NCBI GenBank assembly: GCA_037447605.1
Contig: CM074809.1
Span: 3,772,689 to 3,836,688, forward strand
Length of the DNA stretch: 64,000 nt
Reading direction: 5' to 3'
Source of the DNA: Zygnema circumcarinatum SAG 698-1b
Taxonomy: Eukaryota; Plantae; Zygnematophyceae
Part shown: in pieces, positions 1 through 11,640 of the stretch
Position numbering within the stretch: the stretch's first letter is position 1
Layout of the letters: each line of letters starts with the position of its first letter
The notes under the pieces: model-generated
Database searches by the model: none
What the model saw: the letters and a program-made list of their open reading frames with translations, nothing else
Told to the model about the DNA's origin: nothing
Position numbers and translations under genes: made by a program

Positions 1-520
1 CCGGTCTCCCTCCCTTCCGACCTCCTCCCTCCCTTCCCACCTCCTCCCTCCCGTCTCCCTCCCTTCCCACCTCCTCCCTCCCGTCTCCCTCCCTTCCCTC
101 CCACCTCCTCCCTCCGACCTCTCCCTCCCTTCCCACCTCCTCCCTCCCGTCTCCCTCCCTTCCGACCTCCTCCCTCCCTTCCGACCTCCTCCCTCCCTTC
201 CCACCTCCTCCCTCCCTTCCTACCTCTCCCTCCCGTCTCCCTCCCTTCCCACCTCCTCCCTCCGGTCTCCCTCCCTCCCGACCTCCTCCCTCCCTTCCCA
301 CCTCCTCCCTCCCCCGTCTCCCTCCCTTCCCACCTCCTCCCTCCCGTCTCCCTCCCCTTCCCACCTCCTCCCTCCCATCTCCCTCCCTTCCCACCTCCTC
401 CCTCCCTTCCCACCTCCTCCCTCCCTTCCTACCTCTCCCTCCCGTCTCCCTCCCTTCCCACCTCCTCCCTCCTCTCTCCCTCCCTTCCCACCACCTCTCT
501 CACTCCCCCTTCTCTCTCCT
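1..520. repeat. Polypyrimidine low-complexity tract (CTCCCTCCCTTCCCACCTC-like units), probably intronic
   Basis: Almost purely C/T degenerate tandem units ending at a CAG acceptor-like site at 526-528. Confidence 0.9.
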
Positions 521-528
521 CTCCTCAG

Positions 529-1851
529 GTGATCCCCCCAGCAGCTTCCCCCCCTTCCCAGCCGACCTCCATCCCCGAAGCTTCCGCTCTCCTGCGGCAG
601 CACGCGCGCCTTCTTAGCGACCTCCCCGCATTGGAGCACTCCCTCTCCGGCTGCCCTGCCCCCAAAGTACGGGCAGCTGCCTGGGAACTTTTACGGGCAC
701 TTAAGGACTCCACTGCCACCTCCGCATTGCGCCCTTTCCATGCTTTGGAACAGTCCCAATTGTCGCAATGCAGCCCAATTCAGAAGGGCCCAATTGCTCT
801 TTCAAGGCAAGGGGGCATGGAAGATGGGGGTTTGCAGTTCAGTGATATTATTCAGTGGTCGATGAGCATGAAGGAGAGGCTCACCGGAGGGATGAGAAAG
901 GCGGCGGTTTCTGTAGACTTGAAGAGAACGGCTTCGTCGGAAAACTCGGAATGCTCAGCAAGCTATGAGGGGGGCTCAGTTGGGGGGGTAGCTGCAGGAG
1001 GGAGTGTGAATCCGGGAACTTTTCTGAATACTTGTCAGTTGACAGAGTTTCAAGCAGATCGACTTAATACAAGTCCAGGAATGGGTACAGAAGGAGTTCC
1101 CCTCTTGCAATCCCTATCAAATGCTTCTGCTTCGGTTGAGTTTTTCCAGCAAAAGGGGTTGGTGATTCCGAGCCAGAATTCCACTGACGATGTTTTGGAG
1201 AAAGCATTGGAACGGGAGGTGGTGGGAGCTCCAATGCTACTCAACATCGAGCATGGTGAGAAAGAGGAAAACGGTGTGTTTGACCCCACTTTGGAAGATC
1301 CTTTTGCCACCTCTTCTCCTGCCATCTCCTCCCACACTACAACATCAGACATGTGGTTGGAAGAAGAGCTCCTATTGGATGTAGCTCTCTCCCCCTCAGC
1401 CTCCCCCTGCGAGGCTGCAATAGGGCAGCAAACTACTTCCACTGCGTTGCCTGCGTTGCCAAACTTTCAAAACGATCTCAGCTTGGCTTTGGAAACAGCT
1501 TCTATAGACCAGGCCTCTACTAAGAAGGCGAATGGGGAGGTAATGAAAGAGGTCGACAAGCTGAAGCCGAAAAGCAGATTATTGCCTTGTAGAGAAGCAG
1601 TAAGAAAATCTTTGACCTTGCAGGGCAGCCATGGCGAAGGCGGTCCAACGACTCCTCCTGCGAGCGATCCACGACTGAAGAAGGAGAAGGAGAAGAAGGA
1701 GAAGGAGAGGGAGAGGGAGAGGGAAAAGGAGAGGGGAAGGCGTCAGCAGAGACGGACAGAGGAGACTGCAGATTTGAATGAAGATGATACATGGCGGCTC
1801 CTAGTCAGCAGCCTTCATTCTCGAGGGGTAATGTCAAGCGGCATGCTCTGA
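529..1851 (+). CDS. Large exon of a hypothetical, largely disordered protein (partial; further exons possibly to ~2.9 kb)
   Basis: 440-codon open frame starting right after ctcctcag. Ser/Glu-rich with a KEKE/RERE stretch. No family recognised; ends uncertain. Confidence 0.4.
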   Translation: MIPPAASPPSQPTSIPEASALLRQHARLLSDLPALEHSLSGCPAPKVRAAAWELLRALKDSTATSALRPFHALEQSQLSQCSPIQKGPIALSRQGGMEDGGLQFSDIIQWSMSMKERLTGGMRKAAVSVDLKRTASSENSECSASYEGGSVGGVAAGGSVNPGTFLNTCQLTEFQADRLNTSPGMGTEGVPLLQSLSNASASVEFFQQKGLVIPSQNSTDDVLEKALEREVVGAPMLLNIEHGEKEENGVFDPTLEDPFATSSPAISSHTTTSDMWLEEELLLDVALSPSASPCEAAIGQQTTSTALPALPNFQNDLSLALETASIDQASTKKANGEVMKEVDKLKPKSRLLPCREAVRKSLTLQGSHGEGGPTTPPASDPRLKKEKEKKEKEREREREKERGRRQQRRTEETADLNEDDTWRLLVSSLHSRGVMSSGML

Positions 1852-3447
1852 GGCATTAAGGCTTGAAAATTAGGGTTACGATGGGAGGAAGATCGGGCCA
1901 GGTATCGATTACACAACTAAGATAGGCACTGGTTCAGCAATTTTCTGCCTGTTTACCTCACTGGAATATTCGTGGTTTCCTTGGAGACTCGGAGAGTTTG
2001 CTCCGAAGAATTCTTGAAGCTCGGACTCCCTGAACCTTTCTAACGACATCTCAGCTACCCTGAAATCCCTATTTATGAGCTTTTTTGGAGACCTGGAAAA
2101 AAAATTGTTGCTGGTTTCAAATACCTTGGAAAAGCTGGAAGCGTATGAAAGCCTAACTAGCAGAAAGCTCTCATGTTCCAGAGCTGTTTCCTTCCTGTAG
2201 CATACAATAGAGTTGTAAAGTAGGGATTCCACGATGTTCATATGTTTCTTCAGATGTATTCTTCCATTTTTACATTGAATGTGATCCATTTCCTCCGGAG
2301 GAATGGAGCCGTGGTACTCTTCTCCAATGTGTAGGTAGAGCGTAGGAAGTGTGAATTCTTTGGACAAATTGTTTGATAGATTGTTTTCAGTAAAGCATTT
2401 GATATTTCTCCGATTCAAACCAGAGCAGTCTGTTATGATTTTATGCTTCGAACTCTTTTGGAATGTTCACAACCCTCTGTCTTTCGTTGAGGTGAATGCA
2501 ATTGGACAGCATTTTTGGCTAATTGCCAATCATAGTGTCACCTAAATAAGCTTTTCGGTTAGAGTTGGAGGACTGTGACTGACTCGTTAGTTGCTGGATT
2601 ACCTGACATGTGCAATTTTCTGATGGACTCATAGAGTGCGCTTCTGGATTGTGTCATGAGCTCGAGATCAGTCGTATGCAGGACTGCAGCCTGCCTGTCT
2701 GTGTGAGGACTAGGAGAGGCGATAATACATTATTCTTAGGGTTTGATTACACCTCGATTGAGATCTGGTCAAAGCATTTTTCAAGGTTGCTACCAGCTGT
2801 AACGTGCTGGCAGGGTTCCGTTTCTCTCGCGCATAGCCTCTGAAGAAGCGAAAGAAGGGAGAAGCCGCAGACCAGGTCGAGGAAGTAAGAAATCGGACAT
2901 TGGCCGGCACGACGCATATTAAACATGTCAAAGCAATCGCATCAGGTTCAGATCCAATATTCGCAAAATGGTCAATGTACTGCACCGCGATTTGACGGCA
3001 ACCACATTCAAGAGTGATCTGCTCGTCAGGATGAAGCAAGACATCCAAAACTTCTGCAGAGACTCCCTTTTTTTTTTCTTTTTCTTGTAACAAAAATAAG
3101 ATATCGTGAAGGTAGTGATACCCTGCAGAAGACGAAACTTCCTTCAGTTTGAAACCAAAACGAGATCCGCCTGCAGAGGAGTACTCGGTACAAACTGACC
3201 TCAGTGATACTGAAGAAGCATCTGCCGTTCAATTTTGCTGAATTTGGCACGCCCTATTGATAGCGACACTTTCTGTGGCGGCACGAGCGTACGGAGGGGT
3301 TCAAAATTGTAAGGAATCAGTTTCCGTGGAAGCTTAATGAAAGCAGACGAGGATTGCCCACGGACGGCACAAATAAAAAAGTAAAACAAAATGAACAAAC
3401 CTTTTTCCACGAGCGGGCCAGAACTGAAAAAAGAATTGGAAGGATCT

Positions 3448-3507
3448 CATTTCTCATTTTGTGCGTGTCATCCTCGCGAACCAATTTTAACGGATGTCCC
3501 AAAGTAC
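3448..3507 (-). pseudogene. U6 (pseudo): U6 snRNA pseudogene with internal deletion
   Basis: + strand catttctcattttgtgcgtgtcatcctcgcg-aa-ccaattttaacggatgtcccaaagtac aligns to both ends of the U6 at 24989-25088 but lacks its central ~31 nt. Confidence 0.85.
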
Positions 3508-4504
3508 AAATGCTACTGCTAGATTAAAATTTATGTAGTGAGCTTCTATTCGTCAAAGCAGAGCACACAGCACATAATGCCACATTCTCCTGTTCTGTCC
3601 CTGCAAGCATGACGACAATTTGTCATGCTATGACTACACATTGCAAACTCTGCTGTCCACACTCAAGAGCACCGATTTTCAGATCCTTGCGTCGAGACGA
3701 ACTCAAAGGAGATTCGGATAACAGATCCTGCCCGGTTTCAGATTGAAAGAGTGTTCAGTGCAAAGGAGCTTCGATGACAGCCAATCAGTAGCATCAACAG
3801 CCAACAGCATTGCACATCCTCTTAGAAAGACCTTTACATAAGTTACCCTGTTTTCTATTGGGTTACTGTGGACAAATCCAACAGTAGAAAACTAACAGTT
3901 AGATAAATCACAACCAAAGAATCCGGGGTTCTTATTTTACTGAGGCACGCTAAACTCTCTTTCCAGCCTTGCCTCCCTGAACATTCAGTTCGAGCCCTGA
4001 AGGTTACGCATGGCATGAGCTTCATCGAGGAAGAGGGATGGGAACATGTGACTTTCTGATCAAGCAACAGGAAATTTATGTGCAAGTACGGATTATCGCA
4101 CAGAGACAAATTTAAATAGCTACAGGCACATTGCATCTCCTTACAACACTGCCGCAATGTAAAGGGAGAAATACATTAACGGACTCCAGCTTGGCCTTTT
4201 GCTTTCCTGTACAAGCTCACAAGTCATACATCTAACAGTCCACACCCATGAGTTTATTGAAGTTCAAGAAACCTTCAGCAAGCATCCACCACAGCAGTTC
4301 AACAAAGTATGTTCAAAACTTGGAACAAAGTTTCTTTACAGAAATATAGGACAATGAACTATTGCTCCAGGACCAAAATTTCGCTATTCAGAAAACTGTC
4401 ATATGGAGATTTTTACTTCTACATCCAAAAAACTATGCACATTGAATCTCCCCTATGATACCCTGCACATTGCCTAAGGTCTCTGTTGCAGTACAATACT
4501 GAGC

Positions 4505-4993
4505 TCACGCCTGGCCCTTGCCTTCCTGCACCTGCACTTCAATGACAGGCGGCTTCTCGGGCTCCTTGGGCGGAATCTTGGGAACAGTGATAGTGAGCAC
4601 ACCGTGCTCCGCTGCGGCCGATACCTTGTGCACGTCCGCGTTCTGGGGGAGGCGGAAGCGGCGGAGGAACTTCCCGGTGCTGCGCTCCACGCGGTGAAAC
4701 GTGGCCGCGTCCTCCTTCGTTTCGCGAGTGCGCTCGCCGCTGATGCTCAGCACATTGCCCTCCTCGATCTGCACCTTCACCTCCTCGCGCTTCAGCCCGG
4801 GGAGGTCGGCCACGAACTGGAACGCCGTCGGGCTCTCCTTCACGTCCACTGCCGTGCTTGCCATGGCGTGGCTGTCGCGCACGTACGCGCGCATCGGCCC
4901 GTGCTCGAACAGGGAGCTGAACTCGTCCGGAAACCTGCCCATTGAGAGCGCGCTGCTGAAGAACGGGTCGTTCAGGAACGGAGTCAGAGCCAT
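4505..4993 (-). CDS. HSP17.x-CII: Small heat shock protein (HSP20/alpha-crystallin), cytosolic class II-like, intronless, copy 1
   Basis: Alpha-crystallin motifs ADLPGL, LSISGER, FLRRFRLP, GVLTITVPK. RAYVRDSHAMASTAVDV resembles the class II signature (YVRDAKAMAATPADV). Confidence 0.95.
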   Translation of the reverse strand: MALTPFLNDPFFSSALSMGRFPDEFSSLFEHGPMRAYVRDSHAMASTAVDVKESPTAFQFVADLPGLKREEVKVQIEEGNVLSISGERTRETKEDAATFHRVERSTGKFLRRFRLPQNADVHKVSAAAEHGVLTITVPKIPPKEPEKPPVIEVQVQEGKGQA

Positions 4994-5142
4994 GTCGCCG
5001 GTCCTCCCTTCTCCCTCAAACTCCTGAATTCAATCACAATGAAAATGTCTGCTGAAACAGTTTCTTCTCTGCGCTATCAATAGCTGCAAGTCTGATGTTT
5101 CTTCTAAACTTTTCTTGCTCTCGGACAGATGTTCGCTGCTAC

Positions 5143-5405
5143 TTTATAGCGCCTCTCCGCGGGAACCTCTCTACAGCTCCCCGCATCCGCGATCCTTCCA
5201 GCAGCATCCAGATTCCCGGAAGGCGCCAGCAGGGCGAGGCGTGCCAGCTCGGCACCGCCATGGCCAGCACTGCACTGCAAGCTCTCGATCTTTCCGACCC
5301 CGCTCCAAGAAGACTACCCCTGCTTTCCAGAACTCTCGCGCGCGGCCCGTCAGGGCGGGACCAGGGAAGGAACCAGGGACGTTCCGCAGAACGGGAGGCG
5401 TTCCG
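5143..5405 (-). promoter_or_regulatory. sHSP copy 1 promoter: TATA box plus heat-shock-element-like arrays
   Basis: TATAAA on minus strand at 5143-5148. TTCcaGAActcTC near 5325 and further GAA/TTC units. Several blocks are shared with the copy 2 promoter. Confidence 0.65.
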
Positions 5406-5487
5406 CGGTACGGCTTGGATGTTGACAAGGTCTGATAGCCACGTGTCTCTCTCTGGCGGCAGCAAACTCTCCACCAGGGCGCGTTCC

Positions 5488-5553
5488 GCCTATGTGACGC
5501 CTACATGGCATGTACGTGGCGCCTACGTGGCGCCTACATGGCACTGCCGTGGC
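5488..5553. repeat. Six 11-bp tandem units (GCCTACRTGGC-like) including two perfect ABRE-type TACGTGGC
   Basis: gcctatgtgac gcctacatggc atgtacgtggc gcctacgtggc gcctacatggc actgccgtggc. Confidence 0.8.
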
Positions 5554-5809
5554 TACGTACGCTTGCTTGCCAAAGCGCGCTGCGGAGTGTTCCACAACAA
5601 CGTTGCCTCCACCAATCGCTCACCGCCACGTGACTGCCGAGAATCCGCCTCCCACCGTACGGTACTCGTTTTGGTTTGAGATTGACGGAAGGTTCTATGT
5701 CCGCCACGTTGAAGCATTGGTTGGAGAGTTGGGGAAGCCCCTAGAGGTCGACTTCGTAGGAGGATCATGATGCCCATGATGTTGGTCGGCACCATGTTGT
5801 CCTAGCTTC

Positions 5810-6360
5810 CCTCCGTCTCCTTTCAGAGCTTGTTTTCAATCGAGCACGCCGCATCATTGCAGAGTGTGGTGAAAGCTGGTGTGGTCGTCATTACTTGAAA
5901 AAGAAAGGAAACAACTCACAAATTTTATTCTCTGTTTGAATTGGATCTCAACACAATTCTTCCATTATGTGTTCCCGAGCATTGACAGTTCAAAGCATGA
6001 ACTTGGACGTTGATCACGAATAAACTATGAGAGAATGACAGTATGTTGACATACTGTTGCCAAAGAATATGAGCGGCCTTTCTTCCAAAGCTGGCACAGA
6101 CTATGAGGCATAATAAAAACACCACAAATGATGAAACGAACGCTTTCTGCCATGGCGCCTTCGGGGCAGAAATTGGACCTCCCTCGACTGACCCACCCCA
6201 CAGTCGGTGTATCCTCTACCCTAGTTGCCTCGGAGGTATCTCTGATCAGAGCTTGGAGACGGCGGCCGAGACCACCGCTAGCACATTCCCCACTCTGCTG
6301 CGGAGCCATCCTTGAGCAGCCGAGCTCTCCTTCTCGTCCTCCCCACCGCTGTCTGTCGGC
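5810..6360 (+). pseudogene. Remnant of a deleted tandem paralog of the NXPE-like gene (exon 3 start fused to duplicated 3' flank)
   Basis: 5810-5861 matches acceptor plus start of exon 3 (7640-7691). 5859-6360 is a diverged copy of 11135-11640. Confidence 0.7.
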
Positions 6361-6746
6361 AGAAGGCGAAGGAGGAGGAGAAGAGAAGGAGGCCTTTGTG
6401 AGCGCGTGGCTGCCAGAAGAGCCATTGAAATCCACAAAGAGGACGACTACTTCTGGCGGCGGTCTGACAAACGGAAGCCATGGACATAGGCGAGCACGAG
6501 GTACAGCAAGCTCTGCACGAGAGGGAAGTACCACGCGTATCTGCACGCGCTCCTCGAGTCAATTCCCGGCGAAGGGCTTTTTAGGGTTGACATGAGAGGA
6601 AACAGAGCAGGCGGAAGGCGTGAAGGGATCGACATGGGCCCCACCCGAACTCCAATTGTTTGAAGACAAACTCTTGCCGCGCGGTGGGAGAGCAGCCCCC
6701 TTCCCCCTCATCCCGTTAAGGCACGGAGAAGTGGTTTCTGGCTCCA

Positions 6747-8793
6747 ATGTTATCCAAAAGAGAATGGGTTGTCGGAGGAATTGTCGCTTGCTTCATTTTT
6801 ACAAGTTATTTCGTGACTCAACCTAATGTATGTGCTTCTTCTCACCATAGTATTTCAATTCTCCTCTCGCTCATTTCAGCAATCGACAGGATGAGGGTTA
6901 AAAAGGAAAGGACCAGGAAATTTGTTCAGATGGATCAATTTTTTTTGTAGTAGGAACCCGTGGTAAAGGGGGGAAGCACTAGGACAGCGCTTTCGATATG
7001 ATGATACATTTTTGTGCATTTTGTTTCTTATGTTTGTTCACAGTTCTTGTCCTTTACACCAGCGTTTGAGGCGGATTTTCCTTCAGAAGTCATCAAACTT
7101 TCCAACGTATGGCCGCTGTCACTTTTCCACTGGAATACCGACCTGCATACTCCCCCTCCTCCCCCCTCCCCCTTTATCCTAAATTATCTGTCTAATGTTG
7201 GGATGTCATAGCTTGGGGGGTACGATTGGGCAGCATTCATAAAGATCTACCTGACCTAGGATTGCCCGATTCAATTACCTACAGTCTGCTTTCTGCTGAG
7301 CAAGGTTGTTAATCCTGGCTTGTGAAGGAGAGAATGTATGATTTCCCTTGATCTATTATGGAAGAGTAAGCTCAAGATCAGTTAAGTTATAGCCGCAGAG
7401 TACAGGAGTGAATAGAACGTCTTCTCAAAGAGCAAGAAAGTAACGAAAACAGCGGACAAGACAATTCTCTTCGGGAGAAAATTAAAGCCATTGAAAGGCG
7501 ATTGCCGGAAGCGGCTTTTAGTGGTCCTAATCTTGATTTTGAAGCACGAGGAAGATTACCTTCTTTTGGTGGTCATTATATCGACCTCCTTGAAATCACG
7601 TTTCATTCCTAATGATCTTTCTGACTCCTGCCCTCCCTCCGCCTCTCCCACTTTCAGAGCTTCTTTTCAATGGAGCACGCCACATCATTGCAATCGGCCT
7701 GTAGCCAGTGCTTTCATGGAGAAAGGGTTCAGCCGAAGCGAGTGATTGGGCCTTTGCATCCCATTTGCATGCGAGCCTCCGAATTATCTGGTCCGGATGG
7801 GAAGCTGAAAGTTACACGCAGCTTCATGGAGTCAGAAAGGGAAAAGGTGGCATTTCAGTTATTTGTGAGAAACGCACGGAACATGTCGGTTTTATCGGTG
7901 GATGCCGTGTTCTATGCTCGCCTGCTTGGACCAGCGTTAGTGGTAGGCGAACAGCAAGAGGAAGTAGAGAACGGCACAGTTACGTTTTTATTTGACGTAC
8001 CATTTCCGGGGAAGTACAGGTGAGGAGGGAAATATACTGACGTTCTTTTAGTGCTTTTTGCTTTTTAGCTCTTGTTGAAAGGCGGTGGAGGGGTGAAATC
8101 CGTAAACCATTTCCCAGAAAGAAAGGAGATTGGCACTCTGTTCAGCTTGGGTAATGTGTTCGGCAGGAAAGCAGCCGATTGGCTCTGATCCAAAAACTTG
8201 GGGTATTGAATGGGACATGTCTGTATCAGGTTGGATGTATGGCTACTGTATGACAACTTTGCGCATCAGTTGGCAGCCTGGAATTCGGCAGAATTCAATC
8301 CCGATGTGAGAGGTTTGAATCTATCTAATGTCCTCTTCATCAGGGCCTCTCATCTCTGCATACTTACAACATTGTGATCGCTTCCTTCCCATTCCATCCT
8401 AATACGAAATGAATAGAAAAACCAAAATGGGTGGTCCTCTCCGCAAACCCCTGATGCCCTGTGGCCATAACCGATGCACATAGCAATGTTATTCTCAAGA
8501 TGTGTTCCACGATGCTGAATGTCATGAAATGGCTGCAGGATATCACGGCTTGCCTAACTGATTGCCATAATAGCGGACCATGGCACACCCCTCTTGGTCC
8601 GTCGGAGGACTATGAGGGCTGCATGAATGTATGCCGCGAGCACTTCGGAGGACCTCTCCTCATCGAGCAGAGGAAATCGCTGGAGGGTTTAGAAGCAATT
8701 GGCGATAGCGACATCCTCAAGGTGATGTTCTGGTCGCAATGATGATGATAATGATGATGATGATGATGATGATGATGTTGATGATGATGATGT

Positions 8794-8825
<32 letters not shown>

Positions 8826-10660
8826 GTTATGATGATGATGATGATGATGATGATGATGCCGAAATGTCAGTGATACAAGCCCGATCCTTGTGAAGAAAAA
8901 ACAGATTTCACGTACTTTTTCGCATCAAATCTCACAATTGTTGTTCGGCGAGTTTGCAGCACAACGGTGTGTGTGGTGTGGAAGGACTTCCCGACCAGAG
9001 GGGGTTTTGGGTGAACGCGACCCTTCTCTGTGGGAACCCAAATGCAGCACTTGGGATTGATCGCAAATGGCTGAAGTGCCGAGAGAGTGTGATGCTTTGC
9101 CCAACATCAAGTTACTCCAACAACACAGAACGGCTCTGCAACAAGTGAGCCCGTCTGCTTCAAGTTTAGAGTTGTCTTGCTGTCAGAGTATCTCCAGCGT
9201 TCATTGCTTCATATCTCTCCGAAATGTGTCGTAGATTTGTGAACATTGACAGTGTGAGGTCAGTGGAATTTGGCCAACACTGGATTATGGTTTCGAGTAG
9301 CTCCATATATTTGTGACTTCTACAGTGGAAACTTTGTGCTACGTGGGGCTTTGGTTTAGCTAGGTCGACTCCAAAGAATATAAATTGAGCCTTTTATGAG
9401 GCCCACGTGGTTAAATGACCCACATATTCTCGCTGGAAACACTTACTTTCTAGAAAGAGGACATGTCGAACGCTTCAACTGGATGTATGGAAATACCTTG
9501 ACTTGTGTTTTTTTTTTTTCTTTATCATTTTTTGTTTTTTTTTCCTCCTTCCAACACAGTTCCATTTCTTGGCGCCCTCTCACGTGTCGACATGCATCAT
9601 GGAGTTCAGGGAAGCTTCCCCATAGGGCTGCCGAAGAGGCTCGGGTAAAGCTTCGAAGTCTTCAAGAATCGATCAACTTTTGTGGTGATTCCACAACTGG
9701 GGAGCTCCAAAAAATATGGACGGATACGTTTTCGAATCCTAATGGGACGCAGGTGCGAGTGAACTATTCTTTCTTAAACACTTTACCCCCCTCCCTTGTT
9801 GTTGTCCTTATTATCGCAAGGAAAATGGCACTTATTTCACTCAACTGTGTATGTTCTAAATTCGGCTGCATATCTTTCTGTTTTTTCCGGGCAGTACGAT
9901 CGATCGTGTCGGTCGCCAGGCAAAGTTGAAAACCAGATTTTGTTTATGGCCAACTGCGGCGATGGGTTTTTGAGCAGTTCGTCTTTAGCTTCCCAGCAGG
10001 TAACTCATTTGCAGCCCCATTCTCCCTTTTCGTAGTACAAGTGTGACTGTTCCTTCATTAGCACTTTAGTTGTAGTTTGCCTGCGCCCTAATGTTGTATG
10101 ATGGGCTTTTTGGGCCGATCAGAAGCACAAGTTGGTGCAGGGTTGCGTGGAGAGAATTGCTGAGCTCCCTCAGATTGCCAAATGGAAGATATTGATATGG
10201 AAGGCCAACCCTTCCACTCACCCCTATAACGGGCCCTCCATTGACGGGAAATTCCAAGGCTATCACGGTCAGCGCATGTTTTTGACTGCCAAACTAATTC
10301 AAGAGTACAATCGAGAGCTTCTCGAAATTCTCGAAAGGTTCGCCCACATCCATCTCTGCACCTTTCTTGTTGCTTCCTCTCTCTCCCCCTCCTTCCTCAC
10401 TCCTTCCTTTCGCTCCCCCTCTTACCCCCTGCTAGTTCTGTGGAACTTGCAGATATGGGATTCGAGATAAACGATTTTACTTCCTTGATGAGTTTGCGAT
10501 GACGGAAGCCGCTCGCGGATTCTCTACCGATGCGCTGCATTACTTTTACAATGTCAGAGGAGACAACCTTGTTTTCGTTTATTCGGTGATGAATAGTATC
10601 GCCACGCTGCTTGTTCGCGCCATACATGACGGATTGCTGGAGGCCCCCATCAGCGTCTAG
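6747..10660 (+). CDS. NXPE/PC-esterase (GDS...DxxH) family type II membrane protein, putative glycan O-acetyltransferase/esterase, ~556 aa, 10 exons
   Basis: Exons 6747-6827, 7044-7106, 7658-8019, 8230-8305, 8539-8721, 8960-9144, 9560-9752, 9895-9999, 10123-10337, 10453-10660 join in frame through GT-AG introns. N-terminal TM anchor; FYARLLGPAL..ENGTVTFLF..PGKYRL; WRPLTC; FCGDST; ANCG; STDALH. Confidence 0.8.
8739..8857. repeat. (GAT)n microsatellite in intron 5 of the NXPE-like gene
   Basis: About 38 near-perfect GAT units. Confidence 0.95.
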
Positions 10661-11134
10661 CTTCCTCTTGTTTGGAATAGGCCGTGGACAAGGTTGTACC
10701 TCGCATTCGGTTAGTCAAACTTCTCCCTGCAGATGTGGTCGACCGCAGCAGAGAGAGGCGGCAAACTCATCGGTGACTGAGCCTGGTCAAGGATTCTTTT
10801 TTGAAGATTCACTCGTTCTGGAGATACGGTGGCAGGAGCCTATAAGTGAGGGGAACAGTTATTTTGTTAGGTCCTCTCGTGTGGTATTCGTTCCTTCCAC
10901 CCCTCTCTCTCCCTCTCGCGCTTTTTCTCTGTCCCTCACTCCGCCCCTCTCTTTCTCTATGTCTTGCACCTCGTCACTCACATTTTTTTGCTCATAAACA
11001 GAAATTTGTTGGGTTTGTTTCAGCATAGGGAGTCAGGGCATTTCGAGGGTTTCGACATTAACCTGAAGGTAATGATTGGTTGTTTCGTATAGTCAGAAAT
11101 TAGTCAGCAACCGTGGAAGTCGTTCCACTTTCGA

Positions 11135-11640
11135 GCAGAGTCTGGTGAAAGCTGGTGTGGTCGTGATTACTTCTACAAAGAAAAAATCAGCTCACAATTT
11201 TTGTTATTTTTATTTTTTGGTTATTGCATCTCAATATAATCCTTTCTTCACGTATGTACTCCCGAGCATCGACAAATCAAAGCATAAACTTAGACGTTGA
11301 TCGCCACAAACAAACGATGGGAAAATAAAACTATGTTGACAAACCGCTGCCAGAAATATGGACGGCCTTTCTTCGAAGGTTGGCACAAACTTTTAGACAT
11401 AATAGAAACGGCACAAATAATGAAACGAATGCCTTCTGTCATGTCGCTTTGCGAGCAGAAATTGAACCTCCCACGATTGACCCACCCCTTAATCAGTATT
11501 TCCCTCTAGTTGGCTCGGAGTTCTCTCTGAGACCCTCAAGATGGCTGCCGAGGACACCATTACTTCCATTCCCCACAGCTCCTCAGAGCCGTCCCTCGAG
11601 GAAAAGTTCTCCTTCTCGTCCTTCCCACTGCTGTCGGTGG
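11135..11640 (+). repeat. Diverged direct copy of 5859-6360
   Basis: Collinear shared blocks, e.g. ggtgaaagctggtgtggtcgt, tcccgagcat, caaagcat, gacgttgatc, tatgttgaca, atgaaacgaa, gcagaaattg, tgacccaccc. Confidence 0.85.

Noticed and set aside
1909-2418. 169-aa minus-strand ORF
   Set aside because: No recognisable motif. The region is more likely introns and small exons of the plus-strand gene.
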